Below are positions 35,458 to 44,982 of a stretch of DNA of 64,000 nt, in pieces. Location of the stretch: the NCBI GenBank assembly GCA_041690135.1, contig JAWLHY010000001.1, forward strand, positions 1,280,001 through 1,344,000, given 5' to 3'. Both the position numbers and the translations under genes were made by a program. The DNA comes from Armatimonadota bacterium (GTDB lineage Bacteria > Armatimonadota > SYMT01). A model generated the notes under the pieces. That model had not been told where the DNA came from. It made no database searches and saw only the letters and a list, made by a program, of their open reading frames with translations. The stretch's first letter is position 1, and the number at the start of each line of letters is the position of its first letter.

Positions 35458-37299
35458 ATGCGCTTTTCCAAGGACAAGAAGAGTTTCCGCATCACCGCTA
35501 CCGCAGGTCGTCCCGCACGGGATGCCTCCGCACTGACCGCTGCCGCCGGCGGGCTCCTCGCCCTGCTGGCCACGATCCCCGCCGCGCCCGTGGCGGCCGC
35601 TCCGCCCGCGAAGCGCGCGCCACGCAAGGTGTCGCGACCGGCGAAGAAGGCCGCGCCGGCGCCCAAGCCGGTCCAGCCACGCCGGGTGCTGGATATCGAG
35701 AAACTGCGGGCCGTGGAGGTCGGCAGGTACCCCAATTCCGTACAGACCTGTGACGTGTTAGTGGTCGGAGGGAGCCTGGGGGGCGTGGCGGCCGCGGAAG
35801 CGCTGGCCAAAAAGGGCCATACGGTGATCCTGACGGAGCCGACCTCCATGCTGGGTGGCCAGTTGACTTCGCAGGCCGTGACCTGTCCGGATGAAAACGC
35901 CTACATCGAGCGGAACCCGGGGGTCGGGACCCGCGCTTATCGGCAGCTGCGCGAGCAGTTCCGAAGCAAGTATGCCGCCATGCCCGGGATCAAGCCGGGG
36001 CGCTCTAACAGCGTAGGCGCCTGTTGGGTCAGCCGCACCTCCGGTGAGCCCACGGTGTGGGAACAGGTCATCCGGGAGCGCCTGCAGGCTGTTACGGGAC
36101 CGGCTGGTATCCGCCAGATTTTGACGCGCAATCAGTTGATTCAGGTCAGCCGCCACCCGCACAACGATCGCTACCATTATGCCGACTTCGTGAACCTGGA
36201 CACCGGTCGCATCACCCGCGTAGTGGCCCATTATCTCCTCGACGCCACGGAGATGGGCGATGGGCTCGAGGCCGCGGAGATGCCCTGGCGCGTGGGAGCC
36301 GAGGCGCGCTCCGAATACAACGAGACGCACGCGCCGGAGAAGGCCCGGCAGGACTGGATTCAGAGCTTCACCTACTGCTTCAACGTCCGCTGGCAGCCCG
36401 AGGGTCCACACCGGATTGTGGAGAAGCCGGCCGAGTACGACTACTTCAAGTCGCTCGGCGAGTACACGCTCGGGTACGACTACATCGATCGCGGCCGGAT
36501 CTACTACAAGGTGTTCGGTCGGGTGCCGGGAGGCGGCGGTCCCTTCTGGAGCTATCGCCGGATCATCGCCGCGTCCTCCTTTTCGGGCAATCCGAAGTAC
36601 GCCCAGGACGTCGCCCTCATCAACTGGCGCGGCAACGATTTCCACGAGGAGAACCCGATCGGGAAGCCGCTGGATGAGCAGATCCGCATCCTGAAGCGCG
36701 CCAAGGCGTTCGCGCAGGGCTTCCTCTACTGGCTCCAGACGGAATGCCCGCGCGATGACGGCGGCTACGGCTACCCGGAGATGCAGCTCGCCCCCGACAC
36801 GATGGGGAGCGCGGACGGTTTTGCGCTGCATCCCTACATCCGCGAGTCGCGCCGGCTGGTGGCGGAGTTCATGATGAACGAAAACCACCTCGCGCCCGAC
36901 CCGAACAATCCGGACAAGAAGTGGGGTGAGGAATTCCCGGATACCGTGGGCATCGCGCTCTACTCGATGGACATCCACCCGTCCAAAGGAGAGCCGCCGT
37001 TCCTTAGCCGCGCCCTTCCCTACCACATCCCACTGGGGTCCTTCATTCCGAAGGAAGGCGCCGCCAACGTGCTGCCGGCCTCCAAGAACTTTGGGGCGAC
37101 GCGGTTGGCCCTAAGCTCGGCTCGGATGCACCCGACCGAGTGGCTGGCCGGCGAAGTGGCGGGAGAACTGGCGGGTTTCTGCGTGCGGAAACAGGTGCAG
37201 CCAAGCCAGGTCCGGAACACGCCCGCCTTGCTGGCGGAGTTCCAGTCGCTGCTGCAAAGCGAGGGTCATCCCCTCCGGTGGCGGGACATCATCCAGTAA
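35458..37299 (+). CDS. Exported FAD-dependent oxidoreductase (FAD_oxidored-type)
   Basis: DVLVVGGSLGGVAAA, LGGQLTSQAV, DATEMGD, PYIRESRRL, RMHPTEW; N-terminal signal and basic Pro/Ala linker. Confidence 0.85.
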   Translation: MRFSKDKKSFRITATAGRPARDASALTAAAGGLLALLATIPAAPVAAAPPAKRAPRKVSRPAKKAAPAPKPVQPRRVLDIEKLRAVEVGRYPNSVQTCDVLVVGGSLGGVAAAEALAKKGHTVILTEPTSMLGGQLTSQAVTCPDENAYIERNPGVGTRAYRQLREQFRSKYAAMPGIKPGRSNSVGACWVSRTSGEPTVWEQVIRERLQAVTGPAGIRQILTRNQLIQVSRHPHNDRYHYADFVNLDTGRITRVVAHYLLDATEMGDGLEAAEMPWRVGAEARSEYNETHAPEKARQDWIQSFTYCFNVRWQPEGPHRIVEKPAEYDYFKSLGEYTLGYDYIDRGRIYYKVFGRVPGGGGPFWSYRRIIAASSFSGNPKYAQDVALINWRGNDFHEENPIGKPLDEQIRILKRAKAFAQGFLYWLQTECPRDDGGYGYPEMQLAPDTMGSADGFALHPYIRESRRLVAEFMMNENHLAPDPNNPDKKWGEEFPDTVGIALYSMDIHPSKGEPPFLSRALPYHIPLGSFIPKEGAANVLPASKNFGATRLALSSARMHPTEWLAGEVAGELAGFCVRKQVQPSQVRNTPALLAEFQSLLQSEGHPLRWRDIIQ

Positions 37300-37894
37300 C
37301 GGCGCGGCGGCGCGTGACGAGCCGTCTCAGAAAGACCAGGGTCAGCAGGCCCATAACGGTGTAGGCCACCGGGTCAACATACTGCTTGAAGCTCTCGTAG
37401 TTCTGGCCGAGTAGAAAGCCTGCATAGGTGAGCACCCAGGTCCAGAGGGCCGAGGCCAGGGTGGTGTAAAAGAGGAATACCGGAAGGCTTATCTCGCTGA
37501 GGCCGGCCGGGATGGAGATGCTGGAGCGGATACCGGGGGTGAGTCGGCACACGAAGATGACCACCCCCCCGTACTGCTTGAGCCAGCCTCGCGCCCTCCG
37601 GACGTCGTCCCGCGAAACGGTCAGCCATTTGCCGTAGCGGTCCGCCCACGCTTCGATCCGCTCCGCCCCGGCGAGGCGGCCGAGGAAGTAGAGCGGCAGC
37701 GTCCCCACGACGGAAGCCAGCGTGCCGACCAGCACCACCATCCAGAAGGAGAGGTCACCGCGCGCCGCGGCAAACCCCGCGAACGGCATGATCGACTCCG
37801 AAGGCACCGGCGGGAAAAGGTTTTCCAGGATCAGCAGCACGGCGATGCCCGGATAACCGAATGCCGTGACGATCTCGATTACGTTCTCCGCCAT
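37289..37894 (-). CDS. DedA family membrane protein
   Basis: LENLFPPVPSESIMPFAGF, RLTPGIRSSISIPAG. Confidence 0.93.
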   Translation of the reverse strand: MAENVIEIVTAFGYPGIAVLLILENLFPPVPSESIMPFAGFAAARGDLSFWMVVLVGTLASVVGTLPLYFLGRLAGAERIEAWADRYGKWLTVSRDDVRRARGWLKQYGGVVIFVCRLTPGIRSSISIPAGLSEISLPVFLFYTTLASALWTWVLTYAGFLLGQNYESFKQYVDPVAYTVMGLLTLVFLRRLVTRRRAVTG

Positions 37895-37989
37895 CCGCCC
37901 CTCGCTCGCTCACCGTGGATACTTTCACGATTGGTCGCATTGTAGCGAGCGGAGCGCGTCACCCGCAAGGTCCCGAATGGGACTCTGGG

Positions 37990-38961
37990 TTAATAACGCC
38001 GGCACACGTTGAGCAACTGCTGGCGGATGGCCGGCTCACTCGGTGCGCCCCGGCTCAGCCAGAAAGTCAATAGCGCGCACTCATGGGCGTCGATGCGCTT
38101 GGGCACCACCGTGCGTCCCCCGGCGGCCCGGTAGGCCTGCAGCACCAGGTTGCGCCCGTTGAGGAGGCCGAAGAGCTTGCGATAGCCGCGGAACAGCACA
38201 GCGAAGTCGTAGGCCGGATCTCCGATGCGCGCGAACTCCCAGTCCACGACCGCCGGCTTGGCTTCGGCGGTATAGAGCGGGTGGATGATGTTCTGCGGCA
38301 GCGGATCTCCGTGGATCACACAGGGGGGCTGGTCGGGATCGCGAAGCATCAACTCCATGAATCTTACCGCGCGCTGGGCATCGCGGTCGCGCTCCAGGAA
38401 CTTCTCCGGGATCCGGGAGAGCTCCGCGCGGAGATGGGCCTGGCGCGACTCGTAGCCGTGAAGGTGCTCGAACTGTTCGGCCGGTAGACGGTGAATGGCG
38501 GCCAGGCCGCGACCGATCAACTCGCACAGCTCCTCCGCCCGGGGCCGCAGGATCTTTTCATCCAGGGCCAGGCCCGGACAGGCGGTCATCAACAGGGCCG
38601 GCTGTCCGCCGAACTCGGGTGCCTCTTCCTCGAACAGTACGCAGCGCGGCGCGGAGAAATCGCCCAGTTGCCCTTCCAGGCGGCGGAGCGTTTCCGCCTC
38701 TTTGATCATAGACTGTTTGATCGAGGATCCGGGGTTGTCTCGATAGCACACGGCATCCCCAGGAAGCCGCAGCAGGTAGTACTGGTCGTTATCTAGCGCG
38801 TCGGTTTCCCGCACTCCCACCAGAAAGTTGTGGTGGTTGATCCCGGCAAACCGGGTGAAGCGCTCTTCGATTGTGAGCTGCGGACTGTTAGTGATCCGCC
38901 GCAGCCAGTTCTGCGCGCGCGCTCGGATCTGCCAGGCCTGCCAGTTATTGCCGACGTTCAT
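37990..38961 (-). CDS. Aminoglycoside phosphotransferase/choline kinase-like family protein
   Basis: VIHGDPLPQNII and VVDWEFARIGDPAYD kinase motifs. Confidence 0.85.
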   Translation of the reverse strand: MNVGNNWQAWQIRARAQNWLRRITNSPQLTIEERFTRFAGINHHNFLVGVRETDALDNDQYYLLRLPGDAVCYRDNPGSSIKQSMIKEAETLRRLEGQLGDFSAPRCVLFEEEAPEFGGQPALLMTACPGLALDEKILRPRAEELCELIGRGLAAIHRLPAEQFEHLHGYESRQAHLRAELSRIPEKFLERDRDAQRAVRFMELMLRDPDQPPCVIHGDPLPQNIIHPLYTAEAKPAVVDWEFARIGDPAYDFAVLFRGYRKLFGLLNGRNLVLQAYRAAGGRTVVPKRIDAHECALLTFWLSRGAPSEPAIRQQLLNVCRRY

Positions 38962-39040
38962 GGAGCACTACCCTACACTGCCGCGTACGCGCGCGGACTG
39001 CTGTAACATTGCCCCTGCGAGGGCTATAATCCAGGTTGAG

Positions 39041-39964
39041 ATGCCGGAAGGAGACACACTCTATCGAACCGCGGTCACTCTGCGGAAGGCGCTGCTGGGT
39101 CGCGAGGTGACGCGCTTTGAGACTTCCGTGGAAACGGTTGCGGTCGTCGATCGAAATACTCCCGTGGCGGGGCGCACGATCTCGGGAGTGGAGGCGCGAG
39201 GAAAGCACCTCCTGATCACGCTCGCCCCATCGGAAGGTGCCGCACACCCGCCGGTAGAGCAATCCTCGATCCCTATTCCTTCTGTCGGCATGCCGGACCT
39301 TCACCAACCGGGCGACCCCGTCCTGGTTTTGCACACCCACTTGCGCATGACGGGGTCGTGGCACATCTACCGACCCGGGGAGCGCTGGCAGAAGCCCGAG
39401 CGATACGCAAAGGTCGTCCTCTACACAGAGGCGTTCGTCGCGCCCTGCTTCAGCGCACCTGTCGTGGAGTTACTGACCGAGCGTCAGGCTAGTCGCCATC
39501 CGGACCTGGTGGAGCTCGGCCCCGATGCAATGACGGACGAATTCGATTCGGAGGAGGCGTTTGCGCGCCTGCGGCGCCACCCGGACGTCCCCATCGGCGT
39601 CGCCCTCATGAACCAGCGTTTGATGTCCGGCGTGGGCAACGTCTACAAGAGCGAGGTCCTCTTCACCCAGCGCGTCTCTCCGTTTGCGCTGGTGCGCGAC
39701 CTGGGAGATGCGACCCTGCGCGCGCTCATCGCCGAATCCAACCGCCTGCTTCGCCTCAACCGCGGAAGGACCGTCCGCCGCACCGTCTTCGGCTTGAGTG
39801 AGCACGACCGCCTTTGGGCCTATGGCCGCAGCGGACAACCCTGTCGGGTCTGCGGGGATACCATTCGCATGCGCCGTCAGGGCACCGATGCCCGCTCCAC
39901 CTACTTCTGCCCCCGCTGCCAGTCCGCTCCGGTCGCGAAGGAACAGGATGGACAGGATGAATAG
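39041..39964 (+). CDS. nei: Fpg/Nei family DNA glycosylase (endonuclease VIII-like)
   Basis: N-terminal MPEGDT, RGKHLL, HLRMTGSW, GVGNVYKSE, CRVC...CPRCQ zinc finger; TATAAT at 39025-39030. Confidence 0.92.
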   Translation: MPEGDTLYRTAVTLRKALLGREVTRFETSVETVAVVDRNTPVAGRTISGVEARGKHLLITLAPSEGAAHPPVEQSSIPIPSVGMPDLHQPGDPVLVLHTHLRMTGSWHIYRPGERWQKPERYAKVVLYTEAFVAPCFSAPVVELLTERQASRHPDLVELGPDAMTDEFDSEEAFARLRRHPDVPIGVALMNQRLMSGVGNVYKSEVLFTQRVSPFALVRDLGDATLRALIAESNRLLRLNRGRTVRRTVFGLSEHDRLWAYGRSGQPCRVCGDTIRMRRQGTDARSTYFCPRCQSAPVAKEQDGQDE

Positions 39965-39985
39965 GATGAGGGTTCTTCCCGCACC

Positions 39986-40384
39986 TTAACCGTTTGCCAC
40001 TGGCGCCAGCAGGTTTGCATCCCGTGCCAGCACCCACCGTCCATTCTCCTTCTTCATCACGGACAGCGTGTGCCCGGCCCGCGTCATCGAAGCCGCACCG
40101 CCCGGCGGGGTCACTACCACTTTGAGCCGGGTCCACATGAATGCCCAGTCCCCCACCACCTGGATTTCCTGAATCTCGCTGGTGCCCTCGAACTTCGGCC
40201 CGTCCGCGCCCGCGTGGGATCGCGCCGCCGCCTCGAAGTCGGCCTTCCGCATCACCGGCTGCCCCGGGACCAGGAAGACCACGTCTTCCGCCATCAGGGA
40301 AAGCACCGTTTCGATATCCCCCGCCTGGCTCGCTTCCATCCAGGTGGATACAAGCTGCCGGATCTCCGCCTCATCACGCTCCAT
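39986..40384 (-). CDS. NTF2-like (DUF4440 / SgcJ-EcaC family) protein
   Basis: DEAEIRQLVSTWMEASQAGD...EIQVVGDWAF...GRWVLARDAN; AAAGGAG SD. Confidence 0.88.
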   Translation of the reverse strand: MERDEAEIRQLVSTWMEASQAGDIETVLSLMAEDVVFLVPGQPVMRKADFEAAARSHAGADGPKFEGTSEIQEIQVVGDWAFMWTRLKVVVTPPGGAASMTRAGHTLSVMKKENGRWVLARDANLLAPVANG

Positions 40385-40660
40385 CCTCAGAACTCCTTTG
40401 TACTTCGTAAGTATCCCGCCGTTCCGTGGGAATACTGCCCGGCACATACCGTCCCTGCAACTCTTCTCGCTGGTTCGTACCCATCATGCATTTTAGTGTG
40501 GATTCGCCGATTGCATCGGCGCTTTGCGATGATGCAATCGGACCCCGGCCTGGTAGGCGGCAATCTGGTCCTTATCCTAGGCTTCACCGTCTGTCGCTGT
40601 GATCTCATCACCTACACCTGCTCTGCCGTGAATTGGCCACGCCGGCAAGTGCCAGCCGCT

Positions 40661-40981
40661 TCAAGTAAGGTCTTCCAACTCGAACACAATCTCTCCCTCG
40701 GCCAGCCGCCGGAACTCTGCGTATTCGACCGCCCACCGCCGGGCCTCCGATGGGTAGGTTGTGGCCATGCTGAACATATGGACCTTTCGGTCGAGTTCCT
40801 TACGGATCCGTGCTGACAGCAGATCCACAGGCAGCCGTGAACATCGCGCACAGAGAAATCCCAGAATCCTGTCCCCGTGGCACACGGCCGGCGCCCTGCG
40901 GAACCCCTGTGTCTTTCCCTTACAGGCGAAGCACAGCGTGTTGAACCCGCAATGAGCGTAATGACTTCGGATCGCCAGCAT
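40661..40981 (-). CDS. Hypothetical Cys-rich protein (possible zinc ribbon)
   Basis: CFAC and CARC pairs; AGAGGGAG SD before ATG; lower-GC surroundings. Confidence 0.4.
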   Translation of the reverse strand: MLAIRSHYAHCGFNTLCFACKGKTQGFRRAPAVCHGDRILGFLCARCSRLPVDLLSARIRKELDRKVHMFSMATTYPSEARRWAVEYAEFRRLAEGEIVFELEDLT

Positions 40982-41115
40982 GGCAATTACTCCCTCTTTT
41001 GGCGCGTCTGTGCGAGAATGGGAGATGATCTGCCTGCCCCACCACCGGCACTTCGCGGCCCTATCGGTTCCAGGTGGTCCGGATTTCGCATTACGCTACA
41101 CGCAATACCAAAACG

Positions 41116-41889
41116 ATGCCCATCTTCGAAACCCATTGCCATCTAAATAACCGCCAGTTCCAGGCCGACCGGGAAGCGGTCCTCGCGCGGGCTCAAGCCG
41201 CGGGCGTGGCAGAGTTTATGGAAATCGGCTACGACCTGGAATCCAGTCGCGCCGCGGTGGCTTTCGCCGATCCCGAGGCTGGAAGATACGCCGCCGTTGG
41301 GATTCATCCGCACGATGCAGCAAGCTGGAACCTGGAGGCCGAAGCCGAGCTGCGGCGCCTGGCGGCCCAGCCCGGAGTGGTCGCCATCGGCGAGATCGGC
41401 CTCGACTTCTACCGCAACCTTTCGCCCCGCGAGGCGCAGTTCACGGCGTTTCAGGCGCAACTCGAACTAGCGGCGGAGCTAGGGTTGCCGTTCGTCGTCC
41501 ACACCCGTGAATCGGTGACCCCCTCCCTGGACGTGCTGGAGCCTTTCGCCCAGCGGGGCGTCCGTGGGATCATGCATTGCTGGAGTGGAACAGCCGAGGA
41601 AGCTCGCCGGGCACGCGCCTTGGGGCTGATCCTGGGGATTGGCGGCGTGGTGACCTACAAGAATCCCGGTGAGCTCCCCCAGGCGGTGGCGGAAGCAGGG
41701 CTGGAAGAGCTGGTATTGGAGACGGACTGCCCCTACCTCTCGCCCATGCCGCACCGCGGCAAGCGGAATGAGCCCGCCAATCTTCCCCTGATCGCTATCC
41801 GGGTCGCCGAGATCCGCGGCATCAGCGTGGAAGAGGTCTGCGCCGGCACCACCCACACCGCCCGCTCCCTCCTCCTCCCCAGCCCATAA
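41116..41889 (+). CDS. tatD: TatD family DNase
   Basis: ETHCHL, GIHPH, AIGEIGLDFY, HTRE, GIMHCWS, LETDCPYL, RGKRNEP. Confidence 0.95.
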   Translation: MPIFETHCHLNNRQFQADREAVLARAQAAGVAEFMEIGYDLESSRAAVAFADPEAGRYAAVGIHPHDAASWNLEAEAELRRLAAQPGVVAIGEIGLDFYRNLSPREAQFTAFQAQLELAAELGLPFVVHTRESVTPSLDVLEPFAQRGVRGIMHCWSGTAEEARRARALGLILGIGGVVTYKNPGELPQAVAEAGLEELVLETDCPYLSPMPHRGKRNEPANLPLIAIRVAEIRGISVEEVCAGTTHTARSLLLPSP

Positions 41890-41919
41890 ATCCCAAGACC
41901 AACCCACCCCTCAGCCAAC

Positions 41920-42002
41920 CTACTCTTACTCTTACTCCTACTCCACTCCACCCCCGCCCCCACACCCTCTCCCCCATCCTAATCGTAATCCTCATCTTAA
42001 TC
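41920..42002 (+). repeat. Hexamer tandem repeats (TACTCY)n and (TAATCS)n
   Basis: tactcttactcttactcctactcc at 41920-41950; atcctaatcgtaatcctcatcttaatc at 41976-42002. Confidence 0.75.
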
Positions 42003-42020
42003 GGCCGTAGGCACGATCCA

Positions 42021-42029
42021 TGGTATAAT
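42021..42029 (+). promoter_or_regulatory. Extended -10 promoter
   Basis: TGGTATAAT, 41 nt upstream of ORF 42071. Confidence 0.55.
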
Positions 42030-42070
42030 GGGCCACTTCAATTGGGGTTTCGAAAGTCAGCGGTGCAACC

Positions 42071-42355
42071 ATGGACGAACAAGAGGCAATCCAGCAGTTT
42101 CTGGGGGACCGGCCGGATACGGCCCAACTTCGTGAGTGGCGGACCACCCTGGAAGACCGCCTGAAGGCGCTGAAGGGTGAGCGTGAGCGGCTGAATGGCG
42201 ATACGGCGGATAAGCTCGACAGCCGGATCGCGCAACTTGAGAAGCAGATCACCGCACTTTCGGAAGAGGAGGCGATCACGCAGTTCGTCGAGGATTCCGT
42301 ACGAGTGACGCTAGCCATGGGAACGGTTTCGGACGGTATGGATGAATTGGACTAA
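42071..42355 (+). CDS. Hypothetical coiled-coil protein
   Basis: Heptad-rich LEDRLKALKGERERL...IAQLEKQITAL. Confidence 0.75.
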   Translation: MDEQEAIQQFLGDRPDTAQLREWRTTLEDRLKALKGERERLNGDTADKLDSRIAQLEKQITALSEEEAITQFVEDSVRVTLAMGTVSDGMDELD

Positions 42356-42375
42356 CACGGCGACTGGAAAGGAGT

Positions 42376-42738
42376 ATGGAAGTGGAAGTCAGGGATACAC
42401 ATCGACTGGGCGCGCGGATGCTGGCCATCAACATCCGTCTGGCGGAGCTGGACCACGAGTTGCAGCGTACCCAGGTGCGCGTTCATCACTTGGAAGCACA
42501 GTTGGAAGACGCCCGCCTGGCGCGCATGGTCGGTGAGGACGCCGGGAACCCCGAAGAGATCGTGCCCGAACTGGAGCAGTCGCGCGACAAATTGGAGAAC
42601 CAGCGCTCCTTCATCAGTGGCGTGCGGGCCAACCTGCGCCAGGCGCGCGCGGATTACATGATGGCCCGAGTGGCGGAACGCCGCGAGGAGCGCCGGTTGG
42701 AAGCCGAGCGAGCCGCGGAAGACGACCCGGTGGAATAA
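42376..42738 (+). CDS. Hypothetical coiled-coil protein
   Basis: Strong SD AAAGGAG; heptad-rich sequence. Confidence 0.75.
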   Translation: MEVEVRDTHRLGARMLAINIRLAELDHELQRTQVRVHHLEAQLEDARLARMVGEDAGNPEEIVPELEQSRDKLENQRSFISGVRANLRQARADYMMARVAERREERRLEAERAAEDDPVE

Positions 42739-42752
42739 CGGACGGAGACTTC

Positions 42753-44123
42753 ATGTCCACGACACGGAAGCCTCGGGCGAGCCTCCACACGCTCGGGTGT
42801 AAAGTCAACCAGTACGAAACTCGGGAGACGGCGGCGGAGTTGCTCGCACTCGGCTACGAGGTCGTGCCCTTCGGACAGCCGGTGGATGTCTGCGTCGTCA
42901 ATACCTGTTCGGTAACGAATGAGGCGGACGTGAAGTCCCGCGCGGCCATCCGCCGCGCGGGACGCACCGGCGACGATCCGCTCATCGTGGCCACCGGGTG
43001 CTATGCGGATGTGGCGCCCGAGGAAGTGGCGGGCCTGCCCGGCGTGGCGGCCGTGGTCCCCAACCGCGAGAAGCCGCGCCTGGCCGAGATCGTGGACGAA
43101 ACGGTGCGGCTCAGTGGCCGGCTGCTATTCGATCTTCCCGCCGCCGAACCAGCTGCACCCGAATCGGCTCCCCGGGAAGAGGGCCTGATCCAACTGCTCC
43201 ACGCCGCGGAAGGGGTGATGGCCCGGACCCGCGCGGTGATCAAGATTCAGGACGGCTGCAACCACTTTTGCTCCTTCTGCATCATCCCGTTCGCGCGAGG
43301 ACGCCTGCGTAGCCGCGCGGCGGCAGAGGTCTTGCAGGAGGCTCGCGTGCTGGCGAAGCGCGGCTATCGTGAATTGGTCCTGACGGGGATTTGCATCGGC
43401 GATTACGGGGATGAGAAGGGATTCGCGCGGGGAGAGCGGGACCCGCTGGCCCTTTTGTTGGAAGACCTGGCCGCGATACCCGGCATCGAACGGATTCGCT
43501 TGAGCTCGATCGACCCCGCGGATACCAGTCGCGACCTGTTGGAGACCATGGCCCGCGTTCCCCAGGTCTGCCGGCACCTGCACCTCTCTCTCCAGGCGGG
43601 GGACGAAGAGGTGCTGCGGCGGATGCGCCGGCGCTATACCGCGGCGCGGTTCAGCGAGCTTGTGTCGCAGATTTACGAATGGATGCCGGATGCCGGTCTC
43701 ACCTGCGACGTGATCGTGGGCTTCCCCGGCGAGACCGAGGAGCAGTTCGCGCAGACCTATTCGCTGTGCGAGCAGTCCCGGTTCTGCAAGATTCACGCAT
43801 TTCCCTACAGCCCGCGGAGCGGCACCCAGGCGGCGCGTTGGGAGGACGATGTTCCCGCGGCGGAGAAGCAACGGCGCGTGCGCGAGTTGGTCGCGCTCTC
43901 CGACCGGCTTGGGTTGGAGTTTAGCCAGCGCTACCTGGGGGAAACGGTGACCGTGCTGGTGGAACAGCGCGACCGGCGTACGGGCCTCCTGGGTGGGCTG
44001 ACGGGGAACTATCTCCGCGTCAGTTTCGAGGGCGATGATCGCTTGCGGGGGCAAATCCTGCCCGTCCAGGTGCAAAGCGCCGGATCGGAAGGGTGCTCGG
44101 GTACGCCTGTCGAAACTCCGTAG
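42753..44123 (+). CDS. mtaB: tRNA t6A37 methylthiotransferase MtaB
   Basis: TLGCKVNQYET, NTCSVT, KIQDGCNHFCSFC, HAFPYSPRSGT; C-terminal TRAM-like region. Confidence 0.93.
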   Translation: MSTTRKPRASLHTLGCKVNQYETRETAAELLALGYEVVPFGQPVDVCVVNTCSVTNEADVKSRAAIRRAGRTGDDPLIVATGCYADVAPEEVAGLPGVAAVVPNREKPRLAEIVDETVRLSGRLLFDLPAAEPAAPESAPREEGLIQLLHAAEGVMARTRAVIKIQDGCNHFCSFCIIPFARGRLRSRAAAEVLQEARVLAKRGYRELVLTGICIGDYGDEKGFARGERDPLALLLEDLAAIPGIERIRLSSIDPADTSRDLLETMARVPQVCRHLHLSLQAGDEEVLRRMRRRYTAARFSELVSQIYEWMPDAGLTCDVIVGFPGETEEQFAQTYSLCEQSRFCKIHAFPYSPRSGTQAARWEDDVPAAEKQRRVRELVALSDRLGLEFSQRYLGETVTVLVEQRDRRTGLLGGLTGNYLRVSFEGDDRLRGQILPVQVQSAGSEGCSGTPVETP

Positions 44124-44135
44124 GGGTAACTCACG

Positions 44136-44477
44136 ATGTCCTGTATTTTTTGCCGGATCGCCGCGGGCGAAATTCCCACGAATAAAGTTGTGGAGAACGA
44201 CCACGTGGTGGCGTTTCACGATCTCAACCCGCAGGCTCCCGTGCATGTCCTGGTGATACCCATGCGGCATGTGGTGAACGTGGGGAGCGCCGAGCCCGCC
44301 GATGCGGAGGCCCTGGCGCAGGTCCTCCTCGCCTGTCGCCAGGTGGCGGAGAAGTGCGGCGTTGCCGAAAGCGGTTTTCGGGTGGTGCTCAATACCAACG
44401 CCGACGCCGGCCAGAGTGTCGACCACCTGCATGCTCATGTCCTGGGTGGCCGCCATCTGGCGTGGCCGCCGGGGTAG
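44136..44477 (+). CDS. Histidine triad nucleotide-binding protein (HinT)
   Basis: CIFCRI, DLNPQAPVHVLVIP, GQSVDHLHAHVLGGR, WPPG. Confidence 0.95.
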   Translation: MSCIFCRIAAGEIPTNKVVENDHVVAFHDLNPQAPVHVLVIPMRHVVNVGSAEPADAEALAQVLLACRQVAEKCGVAESGFRVVLNTNADAGQSVDHLHAHVLGGRHLAWPPG

Positions 44478-44563
44478 CCTTGACTGTGCGCGGGAAGGTC
44501 CCGTATACTGTGGGTTGCGTCCGCCTGTCGGACATCCATCTTACAAGGGAAGGGGTGAACTAG

Positions 44564-44761
44564 TTGGCTCAGGTCCAGGTTAAGCCGAATGAATCGCTGG
44601 ATCAGGCGCTGCGCCGCTTTAAGAAGCAGCTGCAGCAGTCCGGCATTCTCAAGGAAGCGCGCGAGCACGAGCATTATGAAAAGCCGAGCGATAAGAAGCG
44701 CAAGGCGATGGCGGCGCGCCGGCGCAAGGCGCGTGCGGATGCTATGCGGGCTCGCGGGTAA
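44564..44761 (+). CDS. rpsU: 30S ribosomal protein S21
   Basis: [12 protein letters not shown]...EHYEKPS; TTG start. Confidence 0.95.
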   Translation: MAQVQVKPNESLDQALRRFKKQLQQSGILKEAREHEHYEKPSDKKRKAMAARRRKARADAMRARG

Positions 44762-44982
44762 GCCGGCTTTCACATCCTTCTAAATGCTGATTAGCAATGG
44801 GGCCGCCGGGGACTCTTCCTCGACGCGAAACACCGGCGGTCCCTCTATTCATCGGTCCAGCTCTATTACTTTCGTAGCAAACCGATTCCCTCACAGGCCG
44901 TGCATCGCATCGGGTGAGCCCCGTGAGATCAGCGTAAGCCCCCGGTCTCACGTCACCAGGTCCGCACGAGGACAGGACACCC

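Noticed and set aside
40387-40611. WGR-domain-like remnant (IHTKMHDGY)
   Set aside because: Similarity is only a few residues, and the segment is dominated by an 11-bp inverted repeat (40507-40541) more consistent with a non-coding hairpin
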